This document shows positions 60,103 to 64,000 of a stretch of 64,000 nucleotides of DNA, piece after piece. Source of the DNA: an uncultured delta proteobacterium (GTDB lineage: Bacteria > Desulfobacterota > Desulfobacteria > Desulfobacterales > Desulfosalsimonadaceae); contig CAWGYD010000004.1 in assembly GCA_963826785.1 (NCBI GenBank), positions 32,001 through 96,000 on the forward strand. The letters run 5' to 3'. The notes under the pieces were generated by a model. The model saw nothing but the letters and a program-made list of their open reading frames with translations. It was not told the origin of the DNA and did no database searches. Every line of letters begins with the position of its first letter. Positions within the stretch are counted from its first letter, which is position 1. The translations under genes and the position numbers were made by a program.

Positions 60103-63100
60103 ATGGAAGAAAATAGCGATTACAACGGCCACCGGCCTGAAAATAAAAAAATCCTGGTGATCGGCGGCGGCATGGGAGGGATCCGGGCGGCTCTGGACCT
60201 TGCCGAGTCCCGCCGGGACGTGGTCCTGATCGATCAGTCATACGCCATCGGCGGACTGATGACCCAGCTGGACCGCACCTTTCCCACCAATAACTGCGAT
60301 TTATGCACCGTATCACCGCATCTGTCCGAAAGCGGCCGCCAGCTGCACATCGACATCAAACCGATGACCACGGTGGAACGCGTCGAAGGCGAAGCGGGTG
60401 ATTTTACGGTCACCCTGAAAACCGCTCCCCGCTATATCGATCCGGAAAAATGCACGGCATGCGGTGAATGCGCGGAGAAATTTCCTCAATGGGTGCGGTT
60501 TACCCCCGGTCTCGATCCCCGCGCGCCCACCTGCATGCGTTATCCCCAGGCCACGCCTTACGCCTATTCCATCGACATGGAAAAAGTCGAAGATGTCGCG
60601 GCGCTGCAGGCGACCTGCCGGGCCGGTGCCATTCTTCCCGAAGATACGGAAAAATGTCAAACCCTGACAGCGGCCTCCATTATCCTCGCCACCGGTGCGG
60701 ACCTGTTCGATTACTCCGTGCTGGACAACTTCGGGGGCGGGAAATTCGCCAACATCGTCAGCGGACTTGAATATGAACGGATCATGTCGGCCTCCGGACC
60801 GACCAAGGGTGAACTGGTCCGGCCCTCGGATGGCAAACGGCCCCAGAAAGTCGCCTGGATTCAATGCGTGGGCTCACGCGGCATCAACCGCGCCGATGTT
60901 CCCTACTGCTCCAGCGTCTGCTGCATGTATGCGCTCAAAGAGGCCATGGTCACCAAGGAACGGTTTGCCGACGACATCGAGGCCACTATTTTTTACATGG
61001 ACATGCGGACATTCGGGAAGGATTACGAGCGCTACCTGGAGCGGGCCAAAGGCGAATACAACGTCCGCCTGATCCGGAGCCGGCCCCATACGGTGCTCGA
61101 GCACCCCGAAACCAAAAATCTGTCCATCAATTACATCACCGACGATTCCATTGCGCACCTTACCGAAGAATTCGATATGGTGGTGCTCTCCACCGGATTC
61201 AGGGTACCGCAGCGGACACTGGATCTGGCGGCCCGCCTGGGCATCGAAGTCAATGTCCACGGATTCGCCCAGACCGGAAATTTTTCTCCGGTGGCCACTT
61301 CGCGTCCGGGAATTTATGTCTGCGGTGTCTATGAAAGCCCCAAGGATATTCCCGAAACCATGGTCCAGGCCAGTGCCGCCGCCTGTGTCGCCGGAGCGGA
61401 TCTGGAAGTTCCCGCCTCTATCCAGGCCGAAGAAGATGACTTTACGCCCGAGCGGGACGTCTCCGGCGAACCGAGCCGCATCGGGGTGTTCATCTGCGAC
61501 TGCGGCGAGGAGATCGGCGGTCTCATTGCGGTGCCGTCTCTGGTAAAATTCGCCCAAACCCTTCCAGACGTGGTGGCGGTCGAGGCCGTGGGGCATGGCT
61601 GCAGCAGCGCCTCCATGGACCGGATCGAGCAGGTGATCAAAGAGCGCGGCCTCAACCGGGTGGTGATCGGCGGATGTTCACCCCGGACCCATGAGACCAA
61701 ATTCCAGGATCTGTTGCGCCGGGCGGGACTGAACAAGTACCTGGTCGAAATCGTCAATCTTCGGGACCAGGATGCCTGGGCCCACATCAACCGGCCGGCC
61801 GATGCCGAAAACAAGGCGAAAAAATTGCTCAGCATGGGTATATCCGCGGTGCAGAAAAGCCATCCGCTTACCGAGCACACCCTGCCCGTCAGCCAGAACG
61901 TGCTGGTGGTGGGCGGTGGTATCACGGGGATGAATGCCGCACTGCAGCTGGCCGGACAGGGTTTCCGGGTCTATCTGCTGGAGCGCGCCGCGAAATTGGG
62001 CGGTCTTGCCGGAACCATCCGCCGGACCCTGGAGGGTGACGACGTGTCGGCCTATGTCGCGGACCTGATCAAACGAACCGAGAAAGAGGAACGCATCCAG
62101 GTGCTGACCCAGGCCATCATCGTGGATCATTCCGGCATGCCCGGCCTGTTTACCACCGGCATCCAGATGGGGCCGCGCATGCATTACATGCAGATCAAGC
62201 ACGGGGTCACCATCATGGCCACCGGCGCACTTCCCCGCCGGCCCGACGAATACCTGCTGGGAAAAGACAAACGGGTCATGACCCAGCTGGACCTCGACGG
62301 CATCATCGAAGATGACCCGGACCGGATTTCATCCCTGAAAACCATCGTGATGATCCAGTGCGTGGGTTCCCGGCAGCCGGACAATCCCAACTGTTCGCGG
62401 GTCTGCTGCCAGACGGCCATTAAAAATGCTCTGCGGATCAAGGCCATCAATCCCGAGGCGGAGATCTTCGTGCTGTATCGGGATATGCGCACCTATGGCT
62501 TTTCGGAGGATTATTACCGGGAGGCCCGGAAACAGGACGTGAAATTCGTCCGGTACGGGGTGGAGAACAAGCCGAAGGTAAATGCCGGAGCCGATGGGCT
62601 GTCCGTTTTGTTCAATGATCCCATCCTGGGCATGGATATCGAGGTTTCCGCCGACTGCGTGGCCCTGAGCACCGGGTTTGTGGCCGATGAGGAAACCACC
62701 GAGGATCTGGCCATCATGTTCCACCTGTCCCGGTCCGAGGACAACTATTACCTGGAAGATCATATCAAGCTGCGGCCCATGGACATGGCGGTCCGGGGAT
62801 TCTTTATCGCGGGAACGGCACATGCGCCCAAAAATATGCGGGAAAGCATCACCCAGGCGCAGGCGGCTGCCGGCCGGGCACAGACCCTGCTGGCCCAGAA
62901 GGTCATCAATGTGGGAGCGGTCACCGCCAGGGTGGACTCCACCAAATGCGCCTCCTGCCTCATCTGTGTGCGCGCCTGTCCGTTTGATGTGCCGTATATC
63001 AATGCCGAAGGCTACTCCGAGATCGATCCGGCCAAGTGCCAGGGATGCGGCATCTGCGCCGCGGATTGCCCGGCCAAGGCCATTCAGCTGATGAAATTTG

Positions 63101-63153
63101 AGGATGATCAGATCATGGCCAAGCTCGACGGCCTGTTTGAAAGGATGAATTAA
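60103..63153 (+). CDS. hdrA: Large HdrA-like flavoprotein (two FAD modules + 4Fe-4S clusters)
   Basis: GGGMGG and GGGITG, LDRTFPTNNC, two IQCVGSR motifs, CS.VCC, PKDIP and a C-terminal ferredoxin pair. Confidence 0.92.
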   Translation: MEENSDYNGHRPENKKILVIGGGMGGIRAALDLAESRRDVVLIDQSYAIGGLMTQLDRTFPTNNCDLCTVSPHLSESGRQLHIDIKPMTTVERVEGEAGDFTVTLKTAPRYIDPEKCTACGECAEKFPQWVRFTPGLDPRAPTCMRYPQATPYAYSIDMEKVEDVAALQATCRAGAILPEDTEKCQTLTAASIILATGADLFDYSVLDNFGGGKFANIVSGLEYERIMSASGPTKGELVRPSDGKRPQKVAWIQCVGSRGINRADVPYCSSVCCMYALKEAMVTKERFADDIEATIFYMDMRTFGKDYERYLERAKGEYNVRLIRSRPHTVLEHPETKNLSINYITDDSIAHLTEEFDMVVLSTGFRVPQRTLDLAARLGIEVNVHGFAQTGNFSPVATSRPGIYVCGVYESPKDIPETMVQASAAACVAGADLEVPASIQAEEDDFTPERDVSGEPSRIGVFICDCGEEIGGLIAVPSLVKFAQTLPDVVAVEAVGHGCSSASMDRIEQVIKERGLNRVVIGGCSPRTHETKFQDLLRRAGLNKYLVEIVNLRDQDAWAHINRPADAENKAKKLLSMGISAVQKSHPLTEHTLPVSQNVLVVGGGITGMNAALQLAGQGFRVYLLERAAKLGGLAGTIRRTLEGDDVSAYVADLIKRTEKEERIQVLTQAIIVDHSGMPGLFTTGIQMGPRMHYMQIKHGVTIMATGALPRRPDEYLLGKDKRVMTQLDLDGIIEDDPDRISSLKTIVMIQCVGSRQPDNPNCSRVCCQTAIKNALRIKAINPEAEIFVLYRDMRTYGFSEDYYREARKQDVKFVRYGVENKPKVNAGADGLSVLFNDPILGMDIEVSADCVALSTGFVADEETTEDLAIMFHLSRSEDNYYLEDHIKLRPMDMAVRGFFIAGTAHAPKNMRESITQAQAAAGRAQTLLAQKVINVGAVTARVDSTKCASCLICVRACPFDVPYINAEGYSEIDPAKCQGCGICAADCPAKAIQLMKFEDDQIMAKLDGLFERMN

Positions 63154-63593
63154 TGGACGCATTCGAACCCGAAATCGTGGCATTCTGCTGCCATTATTGT
63201 GCATATACCGCGGCGGACATGGCCGGCAGTCAGCGGCTGTCGTATCCGCCCAATGTGAAAATTATCCGGGTCCCCTGCACCGGGAAAGTGGATGCCATTC
63301 ATATCATGAAGGCGCTGCAGAAAGGGGCGGACGGGGTATACGTGGCCGGCTGCCTGGAAGGCGACTGCCACTTCAAGACCGGCAATATCCGCGCAGCCAG
63401 CCGCGTGCGTCAGGTGCAGGCAATCCTGTCGCGGATCGGCTGGGAGCCGGAGCGGGTGGAAATGATCACCATGTCGGCGGGGATGGGGGAGCGATTCGCC
63501 CGGACCGCAGAAGAATTTACGGAAAAAATCCGCCAACTCGGCCCCAACCCGATCGGTATCCCTGCCGGAGAGAAGCGGAAGGCCGCGTGTTAA
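63153..63593 (+). CDS. mvhD: MvhD/FlpD-type [2Fe-2S] subunit
   Basis: FCCHYCAY.AAD.AG, RVPCTGKV and GCLEGDCHF..GN motifs. Confidence 0.95.
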   Translation: MDAFEPEIVAFCCHYCAYTAADMAGSQRLSYPPNVKIIRVPCTGKVDAIHIMKALQKGADGVYVAGCLEGDCHFKTGNIRAASRVRQVQAILSRIGWEPERVEMITMSAGMGERFARTAEEFTEKIRQLGPNPIGIPAGEKRKAAC

Positions 63594-63624
63594 CAAAAGA
63601 ATGAATTAACGGGAGATATAAACA

Positions 63625-64000
63625 ATGATAACGGCTGAACAAAAACCCATGGATGAAATCATCGCCTGCATCGCGCCCCTGGATCGCATCCTGCTGGTCG
63701 GGTGCAACGAATGCGTGAGCGTATGCGCCGCCGGCGGCCGCAAGGAGGTCGGATTGCTTTCTTCCGCTCTGCAGCTGTATTTTTTGAAGCAGGGCAAGAC
63801 CATCGACATCAAGGAGATCACTCTGGAGCGCCAGTGCGACCCGGAATACGTGGAAGAACTCGTCAGCATGGTGGATACGGCCGACGCCGTCCTGTCCATG
63901 GCCTGCGGCTGCGGCGTACAGACCATCGCCGCCCGGTACAAGGAAAAACCGGTCTTTCCGGCGGTCAATACCAAATTCATGGGCGCTTCCGAACGCCAGG
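63625..64000 (+). CDS. metV: MetV-like protein (MTHFR-associated), truncated by the window end
   Basis: MITAEQKP..VGCNECVSVCAAGG..ERQCDPEY..SMACGCGVQ..PAVNTKFMG; absent from the ORF track because no stop lies in the window. Confidence 0.85.
   Translation, partial: MITAEQKPMDEIIACIAPLDRILLVGCNECVSVCAAGGRKEVGLLSSALQLYFLKQGKTIDIKEITLERQCDPEYVEELVSMVDTADAVLSMACGCGVQTIAARYKEKPVFPAVNTKFMGASERQ

Noticed and set aside
60103..63593. Selenocysteine in HdrA or MvhD
   Set aside because: Both frames are open, with Cys codons at the motif positions (TNNCDLC, FCCHYCAY) and no in-frame TGA.

Overview
Chromosomal window from a sulfate-reducing deltaproteobacterium; gene content resembles Desulfobacterales (inference, no database search). 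From left to right it holds: (1) a minus-strand complex I-like operon, nuoA-nuoBCD(fused)-nuoG-H-I-J-K-L-M', with no nuoE/nuoF and palindromic repeats in four of its spacers; (2) an accessory lipid/acyl-CoA cluster (acyl-CoA ligase, alpha/beta hydrolase, GMC oxidase, AcuI-like reductase, a two-domain dehydrogenase, a 4Fe-4S protein, an epimerase-type SDR and two membrane proteins) that also holds three paralogous promoter-to-terminator units resembling an sRNA family; (3) core translation genes (yycJ-like, dut, pnp, rpsO, truB, nrnA-like, rbfA, infB, nusA, rimP, tRNA-Gly(CCC), merR-like, pheT, pheS, rplT, rpmI, infC with an ATA start); (4) two YkgJ genes, an SDR, dapA, a TPR gene, dsrA-dsrB-dsrD-dsrN and a tetraheme cytochrome c3; (5) an exported UshA-like/tetraheme cytochrome protein with an in-frame TGA (C-G-U motif) and a SECIS-like hairpin, divergent from a PAS-sigma54 activator; (6) metF-like-hdrA-mvhD-metV', truncated by the window end. 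Six single-base frameshifts (nuoM, nuoG, nuoBCD, pnp, dsrB, one membrane protein) are most likely sequencing or assembly errors. No CRISPR array, transposase or integrase was seen.
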